DNA of 47,717 nucleotides from an uncultured Clostridia bacterium (GCA_944388715.1 CALXJV010000001.1:1-47717), one strand, 5' to 3'; shown: positions 8,767-19,569, counted from the first letter of the stretch. Numbers and translations: made by a program. Notes: generated by a model not told the origin, from the letters alone.

Positions 8767-9497
8767 TATCTTCTACCTCCCTTTCTCTTTTTTAGTTTTT
8801 CCATTTCCATATCATACATAGGTATAGATGCAAGTACTGGTATTTTTATACTCTTTTCAATATCTTCTTGTGTCTTTACAGTTGTATCTAACATATTAGC
8901 AATTAATACATACATTACAGCAATAACTATACCTATAAATATAAATATAGCTATATCTTTTGTATGGTTGATATTAGATGGTGTACTTGCTACTTCGCCT
9001 TGATCTACTATATATACATTATTTACTTTATATATTTCTCCTGCGATTTTTTCTTTAAATACATTTGCTATTTCATTTACAATTTTAGCAGCATATGTAG
9101 GATTTTCGTCTGATACTGTTATTTCTATTAGTTCTGTATCTTCAACTGCTGTAACCTCTATGTTTTTTCTTAATGCTTCTTCGTCTATTTGAATTCCTAA
9201 ATTTGCTATAACTTGTCCTAATATGTTTTTACTTTTTACTAATTCACTATATGTTGCAACTAGTTTAGAGTTGATGGTAATATCTGCTGTTGTAATTGAT
9301 TCTGTTGTTTGATTTTCTGTACCATTTCCACTTTCTGTTCCAACTAAAACCAATGTAGATGATGAACTATACATTGGTGTTGTAAATCCAACTGTGTATA
9401 TAATTCCTATTACCATAAATATTAATACTATTAATATTATTTGTTCTTTTTTATGCCAAAATATTTCGAATAACTCTTTTAAATCTAATTCTTCCAT
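8766..9497 (-). CDS. Wzz/CpsC/YwqC-type chain-length determinant, transmembrane activator of the BY-kinase
   Basis: Two TM segments flank an extracellular domain, and the C-terminal basic tail is KKRKGGRR. The stop overlaps the kinase start by 1 nt. Confidence 0.8.
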   Translation of the reverse strand: MEELDLKELFEIFWHKKEQIILIVLIFMVIGIIYTVGFTTPMYSSSSTLVLVGTESGNGTENQTTESITTADITINSKLVATYSELVKSKNILGQVIANLGIQIDEEALRKNIEVTAVEDTELIEITVSDENPTYAAKIVNEIANVFKEKIAGEIYKVNNVYIVDQGEVASTPSNINHTKDIAIFIFIGIVIAVMYVLIANMLDTTVKTQEDIEKSIKIPVLASIPMYDMEMEKLKKRKGGRR

Positions 9498-9508
9498 AAT
9501 ATCTCCTT

Positions 9509-10357
9509 TTATTGTTCTACATTTTCCCTTTCTTCTTTTTTACTGCTTCTGATAATGGCAAAAATAATTATTATCACAAAGCCAACAATTGATAATGTTA
9601 TTCCAATAGTTGTTAAATTTTTTAAAATTGTACTTATTATCTCTCTTAAAGAGATTGATATAGCATCATTTAATATTGTAATATTTTGGATTTTTACTTT
9701 TGCATTTATTATCATATTTACCAATATATAGAACACTCCTGAAGATATTAATGTTGAACCAATTAACATTAATCCTGCTATTAAATTCTTAATTGATAAA
9801 ATTATTATTATTAAAAATGATACTGCAATTCCTATTATACTAACTTTTTGTAACTTATCTACAATATTTCTTGCTTTTTCTAACATGTTATTAATTGAAT
9901 CTTCATAACTTGTTTTTGTTATTGTATCTTTGTATTGTTGTGTTATTCTATTAATAAATTCATTTACTGTTCTTTGTTGTGTAGCTGATAAATTATAATC
10001 TAATGAATTTTCAATATTGTTCCTTAAATTTGTTTCTATTTCTGTTACATCTACATCCTCATTTGTTCCATCATATATGTTATTTATTATTATTTTTGTG
10101 TCATTTTCTATCTTTTCTGCTGGTACAATGTTTTCTAAAACACTTTCATCTAATCCAGATTGATATATGTAATTTTCAAAATCACTTTTTACCGCAGTGT
10201 AGATATTTGCATAATAATTTGTTTCATCTAATTTTCCTAAGATAAATTCTTTATTTAATATTGTAGAGGAAGCTACATTTACAATGATTAATGCGATTAC
10301 ACATATTGTTAATATAATAGCGATTATAAATTTTATTATATTTAATAATATTTTCAT
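9509..10357 (-). CDS. hypothetical polytopic membrane protein
   Basis: 282 aa with an N-terminal TM, a ~150-aa acidic extracytoplasmic segment and several C-terminal TM helices. No family recognised. Confidence 0.5.
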   Translation of the reverse strand: MKILLNIIKFIIAIILTICVIALIIVNVASSTILNKEFILGKLDETNYYANIYTAVKSDFENYIYQSGLDESVLENIVPAEKIENDTKIIINNIYDGTNEDVDVTEIETNLRNNIENSLDYNLSATQQRTVNEFINRITQQYKDTITKTSYEDSINNMLEKARNIVDKLQKVSIIGIAVSFLIIIILSIKNLIAGLMLIGSTLISSGVFYILVNMIINAKVKIQNITILNDAISISLREIISTILKNLTTIGITLSIVGFVIIIIFAIIRSSKKEERENVEQ

Positions 10358-10372
10358 TGTTGTTTTTCCTTT

Positions 10373-10987
10373 CTATTTTTCTAACTCTGCATATACTACA
10401 TATCTTTGTGTAGCATACCCTATATTGTTAAATGGATAACATGTGTATACCATTAATATTTCTTTTTCTTTTTGAACAGGAAGTTTATCTACATCTGTTT
10501 CTTTAATTAACTGCATATCATATATTTTATATGTATATTCTCCATATGATGTAGTTACTTTTATTTCATCACCTAATTGTAATTCTGAAAATCTTCTGAA
10601 CATATTTTTTGAATTATGTCCCATATATATAATACTTCCACCTTCGCCAGGAAAATAACTTCCACTAGAATGACCTACACCTTTTTTTAATACCTCTAAT
10701 GTATCTCCAAAATATACTGGTAAATTTACATTTATTCTAGGTATTTCTATTGTTGCATATTGTGTTCCATATTCAGGATAATTCTGAATTTTATTATCTT
10801 CATTCATTGTTGTTTCTTCGACTTTTTTATTTTCTATATCTATTGCTACTTTACTTGCTATAGATAATGTTTCATTTACTTCTTGCCCGAAAAGTAAATA
10901 TATTCCCATCACTATAACAATTGTAATTAATAAAGCAACTATTAAGTATTTAATAGTTGCTTTAATCGTCATTGCTAAATTAGGCAT
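10373..10987 (-). CDS. sortase family transpeptidase
   Basis: N-terminal membrane anchor, a conserved His (IIYMGHN), the catalytic Cys in LMVYTCYPF and a conserved Arg (TQRYVVYAE). Confidence 0.8.
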   Translation of the reverse strand: MPNLAMTIKATIKYLIVALLITIVIVMGIYLLFGQEVNETLSIASKVAIDIENKKVEETTMNEDNKIQNYPEYGTQYATIEIPRINVNLPVYFGDTLEVLKKGVGHSSGSYFPGEGGSIIYMGHNSKNMFRRFSELQLGDEIKVTTSYGEYTYKIYDMQLIKETDVDKLPVQKEKEILMVYTCYPFNNIGYATQRYVVYAELEK

Positions 10988-11501
10988 TTGCTAATCTCTT
11001 TCTTGCAATAACTGCTGTACCTAGGGCAATAATAGCTATTGAAGAAACAACTAAAACGATATTCATTGTATTTCCTGTATATGCTAATGTTCCTGTATTT
11101 GAAGTAAGAGTTTCTACAAGTTTTCCATCTTTATAAATTTCAACTGTTCCTGCTTTAAATACTAAAGAAACTCCAACAATACTTGCTGCTTCATTAGCTA
11201 TAGATTTCAATTGATTTTTTTGGTCAACTGTTAAATCTTTTATGTTAGTAGTTCCTGCTGATTGCATTAATGCAACTGCTTCTTCAGCTTTTGCTACGAT
11301 TTGGTCAGCTTGTTCATCTGTGATTGGATTATCAGCAAAGAATCTTTCCATTTTTACTTTGTCTGCTGATGTTGCTCCATATGGTACTGCCATGTTGTAT
11401 ACTTTTTCAATCATTTCGTCTGTTGATACAGCACTAACTCCTGTAGCTAAAAGTGATACTAACATTACAAATAAAATTACAACTGTTAATGTCTTTTTCA
11501 T
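10980..11501 (-). CDS. secreted small protein with a C-terminal cell-wall sorting signal (LAYTG)
   Basis: Signal peptide MKKTLTVVILFVMLVSLLATGVSA. The C-terminus is LAYTG, then a hydrophobic stretch, then ARKRLANA. The gene overlaps the downstream sortase gene by 8 nt. Confidence 0.65.
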   Translation of the reverse strand: MKKTLTVVILFVMLVSLLATGVSAVSTDEMIEKVYNMAVPYGATSADKVKMERFFADNPITDEQADQIVAKAEEAVALMQSAGTTNIKDLTVDQKNQLKSIANEAASIVGVSLVFKAGTVEIYKDGKLVETLTSNTGTLAYTGNTMNIVLVVSSIAIIALGTAVIARKRLANA

Positions 11502-11649
11502 GTGTAATTCCTCCTCCTTTTTTTATATCGAAATTATATCACCTTCCGGAAATAATTTCAATATATTTTTATAAAAATTATGTTTTTTTTACCAAAAATT
11601 ACGATTTTTTGGGTAAAAACACGTTAAAAACTATACTTTGAACATTTTT

Positions 11650-12600
11650 TTATGAAATATATGATTTCAATAATTCAATTTTTCCTTCTATTTTATATTC
11701 ACCAAGTTTAGCTGGTACAATAAAACTATCACCTTTTTTTATATTAATTTCTTTATTTTCATAATATATTTTGCCACTTCCATCTGTTATACTTATAGCA
11801 TAAAATGTATCTATATTTGAAGTATCTGTATATATATCTTCAATTTTAATTTTGTCTACATTAAAATATTTTGTTTTCATTATTTCTTGAACATTTTGTC
11901 CATTTGACTCAATTTTTTCAGCTTTACTGTTAAAATCTATAACATCTACAGCTTTATCTATATGTAATTCTCTTGGTTTTCCATCTTTTCCAACTCTATC
12001 CCAATCATATATTCTGTATGTCAAATCACTATTTTGCTGTATTTCACATATTAATATCCCTGATAAAATTGCATGTACTGTCCCTGAAGGTATATATATG
12101 CTATCTCCTTTTTGTACATCTACATATTTTAAATATTTTTTTATTTCTCCATTTTTTAGAATTTCTTTTATATTCTCTTTTTTTGCATTTTCATTAAGCC
12201 CACAAATTAATTTGGCATTTTCTTTACAGTCTAATATATACCACATTTCTGTTTTTCCAGAATCATTTTCATATCTTTTAGCAAATTCATCGTTAGGATG
12301 TACTTGGACAGATAAATTGTCATCTGCATCAATAAACTTTATCAATAATGGAAATTTCTCCATTTGTAAACATCTTTTCCCAAAAATGCTTTCTTTAGTT
12401 TCTTGGTTATTAAATAACTCGTCCAAGTCTTTGTCTTTCCATTCTCCATTTATTATTATGCTTTTGCCGTTTTTATTTGTTGATACTTCCCAACTTTCTG
12501 CTGTTTTTTCATATGGTGTATTTTTATTAAATTCTTTTTTTAATCTTGTTCCTCCCCATATATAGTCTTTATAGACAGGTTTTAAAAATATGATATCCAT
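11650..12600 (-). CDS. manA: class I mannose-6-phosphate isomerase
   Basis: FPLLIKFIDADDNLSVQVHPND and the GTVHA cupin motifs typical of type I PMI. Confidence 0.85.
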   Translation of the reverse strand: MDIIFLKPVYKDYIWGGTRLKKEFNKNTPYEKTAESWEVSTNKNGKSIIINGEWKDKDLDELFNNQETKESIFGKRCLQMEKFPLLIKFIDADDNLSVQVHPNDEFAKRYENDSGKTEMWYILDCKENAKLICGLNENAKKENIKEILKNGEIKKYLKYVDVQKGDSIYIPSGTVHAILSGILICEIQQNSDLTYRIYDWDRVGKDGKPRELHIDKAVDVIDFNSKAEKIESNGQNVQEIMKTKYFNVDKIKIEDIYTDTSNIDTFYAISITDGSGKIYYENKEINIKKGDSFIVPAKLGEYKIEGKIELLKSYIS

Positions 12601-12712
12601 ATGCTACACCCTTTCTTATTTTTATATTTTTCTTTTAACAAATCTACTTATTATTATACCTTTTAATTCTTTAAATTCAATCATTTTACATGAAAAAGTA
12701 AAAAATATAATA

Positions 12713-14161
12713 CTAGATATTATAATTATAATAATACCTTTTATAATTAATCCTAAGATGCCTCCTATACCGTATGTTGCTAATAACAAAACTACAAATG
12801 ACTAAATCTAAAATAAATATTATTAAATAATATAAATATGTTAAATAATATCTTCTGCTTGATGTATTAAATTTATATTTATGAATTATATATGGATCAT
12901 ACATTGTTGTTATAAATAGATTCGTTATTCCTGTAGCAATTAACACTCCAAACATTCCCCAAAATTGTACTAAAATAACAGATAAAATCACATTACATAT
13001 TGAAGATATTAATGGAATTAGTCGTCCTTTTTTAAATAGTCCCATTGTATCCCTAAAAGTATAATTTACAAATCGCATTCCTTCAACATATATATTAAAA
13101 CCTAATGCAAAACAAACACTAAAATTCAATATATATTCATTTCCGAGCCATATACTAATAAAATCATTACTTAATAAAATTATAGCTATTGATACAACAC
13201 CACATATTAAAAATGATAATAATAGTATTTGATAAAATACTGATTCTTTTTTTTCGTCATCTTCTTCAGTATTTAAATTTCCCACACTTGCTGTAAATCC
13301 ATTAAAAAATGATAAAAGAAAACCTAATATCGAGTTTGTGATTGTTGTATAATTTGATAACAATCCAACTTCTTTAACACCTATAAAAGTAGAAATTATT
13401 ATATTATCTGTGCCACTTGATAATATCGTTCCTATTTTATACAGCACTAAAGATTTTACATCTGAAAACACACTTTTTTCTTCGCTTTTAGATATTTTTT
13501 GATATTTCGTTTCTTTTATAAAGGGATACATCTTATTTGCTTTTTTGGCTGATATATAATTATCTAAAAATGTAGCTAATATTTGAATTACCAAATATAA
13601 TATGTAGCTTTTAGTTACTAACAAAATGATTATTTGGACTATATTTTGAATTGCATTAACTATAAAATTTATTACTGTTATTATATATTCTTTTTGATAA
13701 CTTATTACAAGTGACTTTTTATATGTAAAAAAGTAAAATATAGTTGAATTAGCTAAAAACAAAATATATATAACATATATGTTTTCTTTTATATCTGGAA
13801 CATCATTTATCATATATTTTATAAACGGTATAATTGCTATCCCTATTGCTGATATTATAAGGCCAATTAATATATATACTTTTTGATAAAATTTCATATA
13901 TGTTTTTATTTTCTCAGTATCATTTTCAGCAATAGGTTTATATAGTTTAAATATAATAGCACTTCCTATTCCTAATTCAGCCAATGATAAAATAGTTAAT
14001 ATATTAGAAAATAAACCATTAATCCCTAAATATTCTGTACTTAATATTTTAATAAATACAGTTCTACAAATAAATTGTAATACAAATATTAGAATTTTTG
14101 ATATTATTGCTACTGTTGAATTTATAGTGGTATTTTTTATTCTTGAAGTATTGTATTCCAT
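12713..14161 (-). CDS. Wzx-type oligosaccharide flippase (MOP superfamily), copy 2
   Basis: 482 aa and about 12-14 TM helices, with a polysaccharide-biosynthesis-protein pattern and locus context. Confidence 0.75.
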   Translation of the reverse strand: MEYNTSRIKNTTINSTVAIISKILIFVLQFICRTVFIKILSTEYLGINGLFSNILTILSLAELGIGSAIIFKLYKPIAENDTEKIKTYMKFYQKVYILIGLIISAIGIAIIPFIKYMINDVPDIKENIYVIYILFLANSTIFYFFTYKKSLVISYQKEYIITVINFIVNAIQNIVQIIILLVTKSYILYLVIQILATFLDNYISAKKANKMYPFIKETKYQKISKSEEKSVFSDVKSLVLYKIGTILSSGTDNIIISTFIGVKEVGLLSNYTTITNSILGFLLSFFNGFTASVGNLNTEEDDEKKESVFYQILLLSFLICGVVSIAIILLSNDFISIWLGNEYILNFSVCFALGFNIYVEGMRFVNYTFRDTMGLFKKGRLIPLISSICNVILSVILVQFWGMFGVLIATGITNLFITTMYDPYIIHKYKFNTSSRRYYLTYLYYLIIFILDLVICSFVISNIRYRRHLRINYKRYYYNYNI

Positions 14162-14193
14162 TTTATCCTTCCTATTTTAAGTACTAAAATTTT

Positions 14194-14233
14194 ATTATGT
14201 TTTATAAGTTATTACAACTTATAAAACATAATT
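14194..14233 (-). terminator. strong hairpin between the hydrolase gene and the flippase gene (possible attenuator or terminator)
   Basis: Perfect 17-bp stem attatgttttataagtt / aacttataaaacataat with a 6-nt loop. The T-run after the stem on the minus transcript is weak. Confidence 0.4.
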
Positions 14234-14265
14234 GTAGTTCATTGTCTATAATATTATATATTTTC

Positions 14266-17247
14266 TTATTGTAATATACCTATTAGAGTTTTTCTCATAA
14301 TTGAAAGGTCCATTAAAGATGTCTCTTCATCTGTATTCATATCAGATGACAGTTTTTGAACTTCATCTATATCTATTATTCCTAGCAAATATTTTCGTCC
14401 TATACTTAAATCAATTAGACTAAGTCTTCCATCACGATTCAAATCACCTTTTACAACTAGAATAAACTTGGTTCCGTCCTCATCTTCTAAAATGTCTCCT
14501 GTAGAAATCTTATCTTCCTCTCCTAATTCTGTATCTTCATTTTTAATTTTATATCCTTTTATTATCGTAAAATTCTCCATAAAGCTTTTGGTCGTTGTTT
14601 CTGGATTAATATTCAAAATATAACTACTATTTATTTTATATGTTGAATCTTCTTTCATTATATAGAATTTTACTGTTGAAGTGTTTCCTGCTGTATCTGT
14701 AGCTGTAAGTTTGTATTCTCCTTCTTCTGTTAATTCATCTCCTATTTCATAATCCTCGATAACTTGTCCCTTGAATGTTAATTGCACTTTATCCAAATGC
14801 TCGTCACTGACATTTGGACTTACACTTTGTGTATATGCCTCACAGTTTTCTACATTAGTTATTTCTGGTGAGGTTTTATCAATATAGTTAACACTTACTA
14901 ACTTGCTGTCTGTTTTTCCTCTTCTTTCATATTCAAATGTGAATGTTCCATTTTCTGTGAATGTATATGTATTACTTCCTTCATTATTTGTAATTTTTAC
15001 ATCTTGTGGAATATTTAGTGTAACTGTTACATCTTGATTTGTTAGAGATGTGGCAGAGTAACTTTCTGTTACTGGATTATCTTCTATATATTTATCTATA
15101 TAAAGATTTGTAAATGTATTTGCCCAGTCAGCTAAATATTTAGCATGTAAATCATAACTTACAATTAAACCTGTTTTTATGTCATTTTCCTCTTCTAGGT
15201 TATTGATATATTCTGAATCTTCATATAGTTCTTTGCTAAATTCTAGTATTTTTTCTGGATATATAATATCTAAATCATTATTATTATTGATTGCTTGCTC
15301 TGTATTGTCTATCAATGTTTTGGTATTTTCTAAATCAGGATTTCTAGTTTTAGCTGTTACTGTTACTAAATCTTCAAATGAATCTCCTATTTCGTTTAAC
15401 ATGTCTAGCATTGAACTTAGTTTTACATATTCTACATCTAATGCTTTATCTTTATATGCTGTTAAGATTTGATTTCCTAAATTGAAGTGTTCTTGCATTT
15501 TTTGTTTTACCATTTCTTCTGTTTCACTTTCTATATTAGAAATGCTTTCTAGATATTGTTTTGATGTATTTATGTTTTCTTGTAGTCCTTCTACACTGGC
15601 AATTTCTGTAGCAAATTTTTCTTCAAATTCTGAATATTTTTCTAAAGCTGTATTTGATATTGCTTCATAAAAATACTTAGTTGATATGTTATCTAAATAT
15701 ACTGGTGAGGTTGTTATGTCTAATTTGCCATTTGTGTTTTCTATGTCATTTCCGTATATGCCTTTGGCTGTGAAATTAGCATAATCTATTTGTATAGTTT
15801 GATCTTTAGTATTTGACCATGTTACAATCTTTGGTTTTCCATCTTTGTTGTAAACATGGGTCTCTAGGCCATCAGCTAAGTTTATGGTTCCTATGTATTC
15901 TGCCCCATTAGTATTTTCATAATATTTTTTCATAGCATAGTATGACTTTTTAGGAGTATAATCATATTTTACTAATCCAAAATTATCTTCTCGTTCATCA
16001 GGTTCTTCACCTATATTCCAAAAATTATATAATATAGAATACCCTATATTCTGACTATCTATTATAACTGACTGTTGTACTAACTTATCTGCTTGAATAT
16101 TTTCTGTAGTATTTGTTAAAGTATAAGAAGGTACACCATATTCACTTATATTTTGTTTCAAAAATCCCCCGAAATCATTCGAAATCCTATCATGTAAGTC
16201 AAATATATTTTTGAATTTTTGATTTAAATTTTTATAGTCTCCATATTCATATGGATGATATGAAATTGAGTTATACTTATTATATAATCCTATACTTAAT
16301 GTTTTTTCAAAAAAGGTTTCTGATGAAATATAATTTTCTGTATCTTTAGTAACAGTTGCAGTTGCACCAATACTAATATTAACATTTCTAGTTACCCTTT
16401 CATTTAATTCTTCAAAAACTCTTGTGTACCACTTTAAGTCTTCATCAGTTGTATATGCATAATCAGCAGACATATAATTAGGTTCATTTATTATTTCAAA
16501 TTCATAGACATTCTGATATCTATTAATTACTTCTTCTGCAAAATTAACAATTCTTTCTAATTCTTCTTCTGAATTAACTCGTTTATCAGTACCTAGAAAC
16601 AATCCCATTCCGCTTATCGAGATAAGAATTTTTAGGTTCTTTTCTGTTATTTGTTCAACATATTTATCATATACTTCAAAATCCATCTCTCCTGTATAAT
16701 AGTTTTCAACACTTTCCCACATAATTCCTAATCTAACATAATTATTTCCTAGATATTGCTGTATTTCTAAACTCTTAGTCGAATCTTCAAATCCTCTTTT
16801 TCTATATTGAGATTGTACTCCTTTTCTAGATAACTCGTCTAAAAATTGTTTTTGATATGGTACAATATAGTAAATGCTCTTCTGCCATTTATACGGCTCT
16901 CCTAACCTTTCGTCATCTATAGTAATTTCTATAATATTTTCACCTTCTGTTAATTTTAATGAAATTTCATTATCAACCCCATCAATCTTCTGTTTTTTTT
17001 CTTGCCCATTTATCTTGTATTGTATTATTATATCTAAATCTTGATCATATTCATATGACTTGAGAATAATATTATAATTCGCATTAATTGTAAAATTGCT
17101 ATTATCATCCATAACTTCATATTTCTTTTCATTTCCCAATGAAACTCCTATAAAAGTAAATATCCAATTTACAAATACTATAGCAATGACAAAAAAGGAT
17201 ATATGCATTAATTTAACTTTTCTCTTTTTCACTCTTATAATGCTCAT
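14266..17247 (-). CDS. membrane-anchored clan GH-A (GH5-like) glycoside hydrolase with Ig-like region and C-terminal dockerin
   Basis: N-terminal signal anchor, TIM-barrel hydrolase signatures EIINEPN (acid/base) and ISEYGVPS (nucleophile), and C-terminal paired dockerin repeats DLNRDGRLSLIDL and DMNTDEETSLMDL. Confidence 0.7.
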   Translation of the reverse strand: MSIIRVKKRKVKLMHISFFVIAIVFVNWIFTFIGVSLGNEKKYEVMDDNSNFTINANYNIILKSYEYDQDLDIIIQYKINGQEKKQKIDGVDNEISLKLTEGENIIEITIDDERLGEPYKWQKSIYYIVPYQKQFLDELSRKGVQSQYRKRGFEDSTKSLEIQQYLGNNYVRLGIMWESVENYYTGEMDFEVYDKYVEQITEKNLKILISISGMGLFLGTDKRVNSEEELERIVNFAEEVINRYQNVYEFEIINEPNYMSADYAYTTDEDLKWYTRVFEELNERVTRNVNISIGATATVTKDTENYISSETFFEKTLSIGLYNKYNSISYHPYEYGDYKNLNQKFKNIFDLHDRISNDFGGFLKQNISEYGVPSYTLTNTTENIQADKLVQQSVIIDSQNIGYSILYNFWNIGEEPDEREDNFGLVKYDYTPKKSYYAMKKYYENTNGAEYIGTINLADGLETHVYNKDGKPKIVTWSNTKDQTIQIDYANFTAKGIYGNDIENTNGKLDITTSPVYLDNISTKYFYEAISNTALEKYSEFEEKFATEIASVEGLQENINTSKQYLESISNIESETEEMVKQKMQEHFNLGNQILTAYKDKALDVEYVKLSSMLDMLNEIGDSFEDLVTVTAKTRNPDLENTKTLIDNTEQAINNNNDLDIIYPEKILEFSKELYEDSEYINNLEEENDIKTGLIVSYDLHAKYLADWANTFTNLYIDKYIEDNPVTESYSATSLTNQDVTVTLNIPQDVKITNNEGSNTYTFTENGTFTFEYERRGKTDSKLVSVNYIDKTSPEITNVENCEAYTQSVSPNVSDEHLDKVQLTFKGQVIEDYEIGDELTEEGEYKLTATDTAGNTSTVKFYIMKEDSTYKINSSYILNINPETTTKSFMENFTIIKGYKIKNEDTELGEEDKISTGDILEDEDGTKFILVVKGDLNRDGRLSLIDLSIGRKYLLGIIDIDEVQKLSSDMNTDEETSLMDLSIMRKTLIGILQ

Positions 17248-17326
17248 TTTTCACCCACTTAATATAAATCATCTTTTATAATCTTTATTTTATAACATTC
17301 TTACTTCACATAATAATCCAATTTTT

Positions 17327-18448
17327 TTATTTCCAAAAGAATTCATATGGTACAATTCCATATAATTCATCTGCATAGTACACTAAAATATAAATACACG
17401 TAAAAAACATAATTCCAAATAGAATAACAAATAATAAAGTTTTATTAATTCTCTTTTTAATATTACTCAATACTCTTGGTATTAATATTAAAGTAAATGG
17501 CAAAACATAATATGATAATCTATTTACAATCGCTATTTTTAATGTAAGTACAGTAACAATAAAATATATATAAGATAAATATACTAAAAAATCATTATTA
17601 TCCTGATTTTTTTTCAAATTCGTCCTTTTGTTAAATATTAATACAATATATCCTATTATAAAAAACAATCCTGCAATTGCTACCGTATATATGCTTATTA
17701 TATTAACTTTTTGTCCACCATATCTGTCAATTTCAAAATAATTTTCATATCCTCTACGATTACTTAGTCCAAAACTAGAAAAAACATTTGTAAATAGCAT
17801 TATAATTTGATTTCCCACTAGCATCATAATTATAGCTATAATTAATAAAACCAAAAAAGTTTTTCTTGTAAATTTAATCTTATATAATGGTATTAACGCT
17901 AAACAAATTATTGCAGACGTGTGCATTGATGTTGCTAGTAATATTAATATTATTGCTTTTAAATTTTTATGCTGTTTTATATATTCATACGCTATCAAGA
18001 TAATTGCCACTGCAATTTCTTGCCTTATAATATTTAGTGTCATAAAATAAATACGTAATAATACAAATAACATTGTACTTATTTCTACTTTTTCAGAATT
18101 TTTATATATAAAAACTCCATATACTGGTATTATAAAACAACTTGTCAAAACAATAAGACCTTGTACATCTCCACAAAATAAAGATATTATTTTATTTATT
18201 AAAACATATCCACCTTCAAATTCGACTTCAAATAAATTTGAAAAATCCAAATATTTTATTTGTTCAAATGTAGGTGCATAGAAAAGATTTAAATCCGTCC
18301 CTATAGTATATTTTCTTAACATCGCTACTACAGTTAATAATCCAAAACATACTATAAGATAGCATTTTTTAGTGTTACTATTTTTATTTACATTTCCAAA
18401 TAAAGAATATATCATAATAATAATTATTACTCCAAGATATATAGCCAT
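17327..18448 (-). CDS. EpsG-family / Wzy-type polysaccharide polymerase
   Basis: 373 aa and about 10-11 TM helices, with an EpsG-like pattern and locus context. Confidence 0.7.
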   Translation of the reverse strand: MAIYLGVIIIIMIYSLFGNVNKNSNTKKCYLIVCFGLLTVVAMLRKYTIGTDLNLFYAPTFEQIKYLDFSNLFEVEFEGGYVLINKIISLFCGDVQGLIVLTSCFIIPVYGVFIYKNSEKVEISTMLFVLLRIYFMTLNIIRQEIAVAIILIAYEYIKQHKNLKAIILILLATSMHTSAIICLALIPLYKIKFTRKTFLVLLIIAIIMMLVGNQIIMLFTNVFSSFGLSNRRGYENYFEIDRYGGQKVNIISIYTVAIAGLFFIIGYIVLIFNKRTNLKKNQDNNDFLVYLSYIYFIVTVLTLKIAIVNRLSYYVLPFTLILIPRVLSNIKKRINKTLLFVILFGIMFFTCIYILVYYADELYGIVPYEFFWK

Positions 18449-19569
18449 TAAAATTTCTCCTCTTTCATTATCTTTTCATATAAATTACTAAAATTAATTT
18501 TTGCTTTTTTTATATTATAATCTGACGCTTTTAATTTTTCTTGATAAACTTCACTATTTCTATTATTCGTCATTTCAAAATCTTTTAAAATTTTTTCACT
18601 CCAAAATAGAGCACTTTCATTTAAATCAATGAAATTTACTAAATCTGTAAGTTGTATATCTTTTGGAACATTTGTAGATGCATATACTCTCAATCCATTT
18701 GCCTGAGCTTCAACAAAAACTATTCCTAGTCCTTCAAATAATGACGGTAATAAGAATGCATCCATAGCAGAATAGAATTCGTAAACATTTTCCACGTTTT
18801 TTATTATTAAAACATTTTCCTCCAATTTTTTTTCCTTTATGTATTCTACTATACTTTTTTCCAAAGTTCCTTCACCTATCCATAAAAGTTTTACTTTTTC
18901 ATTAACTTTTTTTATACATTCTAATATATCAATAATAAAAAATGGATTCTTTTGTTTAGTTATTCTTGCTACAGTTCCTATTACAAATTGGTTTTCGTTT
19001 ATATTATACTTTTTGCGTATTTTTTGTCTACTTGATAAATTAAACTTATATTTTTCTATATTTATTGCATTTTTTATAATAGTAAAATTTTGATTTTGAA
19101 ACATAGATTTTCCTGCATCTTCGGTACAAGCAACCTTTTTATCTGAAAAGTTAATACATAGTTTATTTAATACATTCCCTATAAAATTCATTCTAAAATT
19201 AGGATTATGTACATGATATATTATTTTAGTATTTGGACTATATTTTTTTACAGCTTTTATACACGCATAGGCATATACATTAACCAAATTCACATGTACT
19301 ATATCATAGTTATTTTTTAAGTATTTCTTTAAAGACTTCTTAACTTTAAAATATCTATTTATCTTATTATGAGATTCAGCAATTAATATTCTCCCATTAT
19401 TTTTTTGTATTGTATCTATATATCTTTTACTCATTTGTATATCATCTCTTATTAAATAAAAATCTATTTTATAACCATCTTTTATTAATTCAGGATAATA
19501 ACTCATAAAAAAGCTTGCTACTCCATTAGAATTTCCTAAGCTTGATAAACAAACTAATATCTTTTTCAA
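18448..19569 (-). CDS. GT4 (GT-B fold) glycosyltransferase
   Basis: C-terminal E-x7-E type motif LPSLFEGLGIVFVEAQANG. The stop overlaps the next start. Confidence 0.8.
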   Translation of the reverse strand: MKKILVCLSSLGNSNGVASFFMSYYPELIKDGYKIDFYLIRDDIQMSKRYIDTIQKNNGRILIAESHNKINRYFKVKKSLKKYLKNNYDIVHVNLVNVYAYACIKAVKKYSPNTKIIYHVHNPNFRMNFIGNVLNKLCINFSDKKVACTEDAGKSMFQNQNFTIIKNAINIEKYKFNLSSRQKIRKKYNINENQFVIGTVARITKQKNPFFIIDILECIKKVNEKVKLLWIGEGTLEKSIVEYIKEKKLEENVLIIKNVENVYEFYSAMDAFLLPSLFEGLGIVFVEAQANGLRVYASTNVPKDIQLTDLVNFIDLNESALFWSEKILKDFEMTNNRNSEVYQEKLKASDYNIKKAKINFSNLYEKIMKEEKF

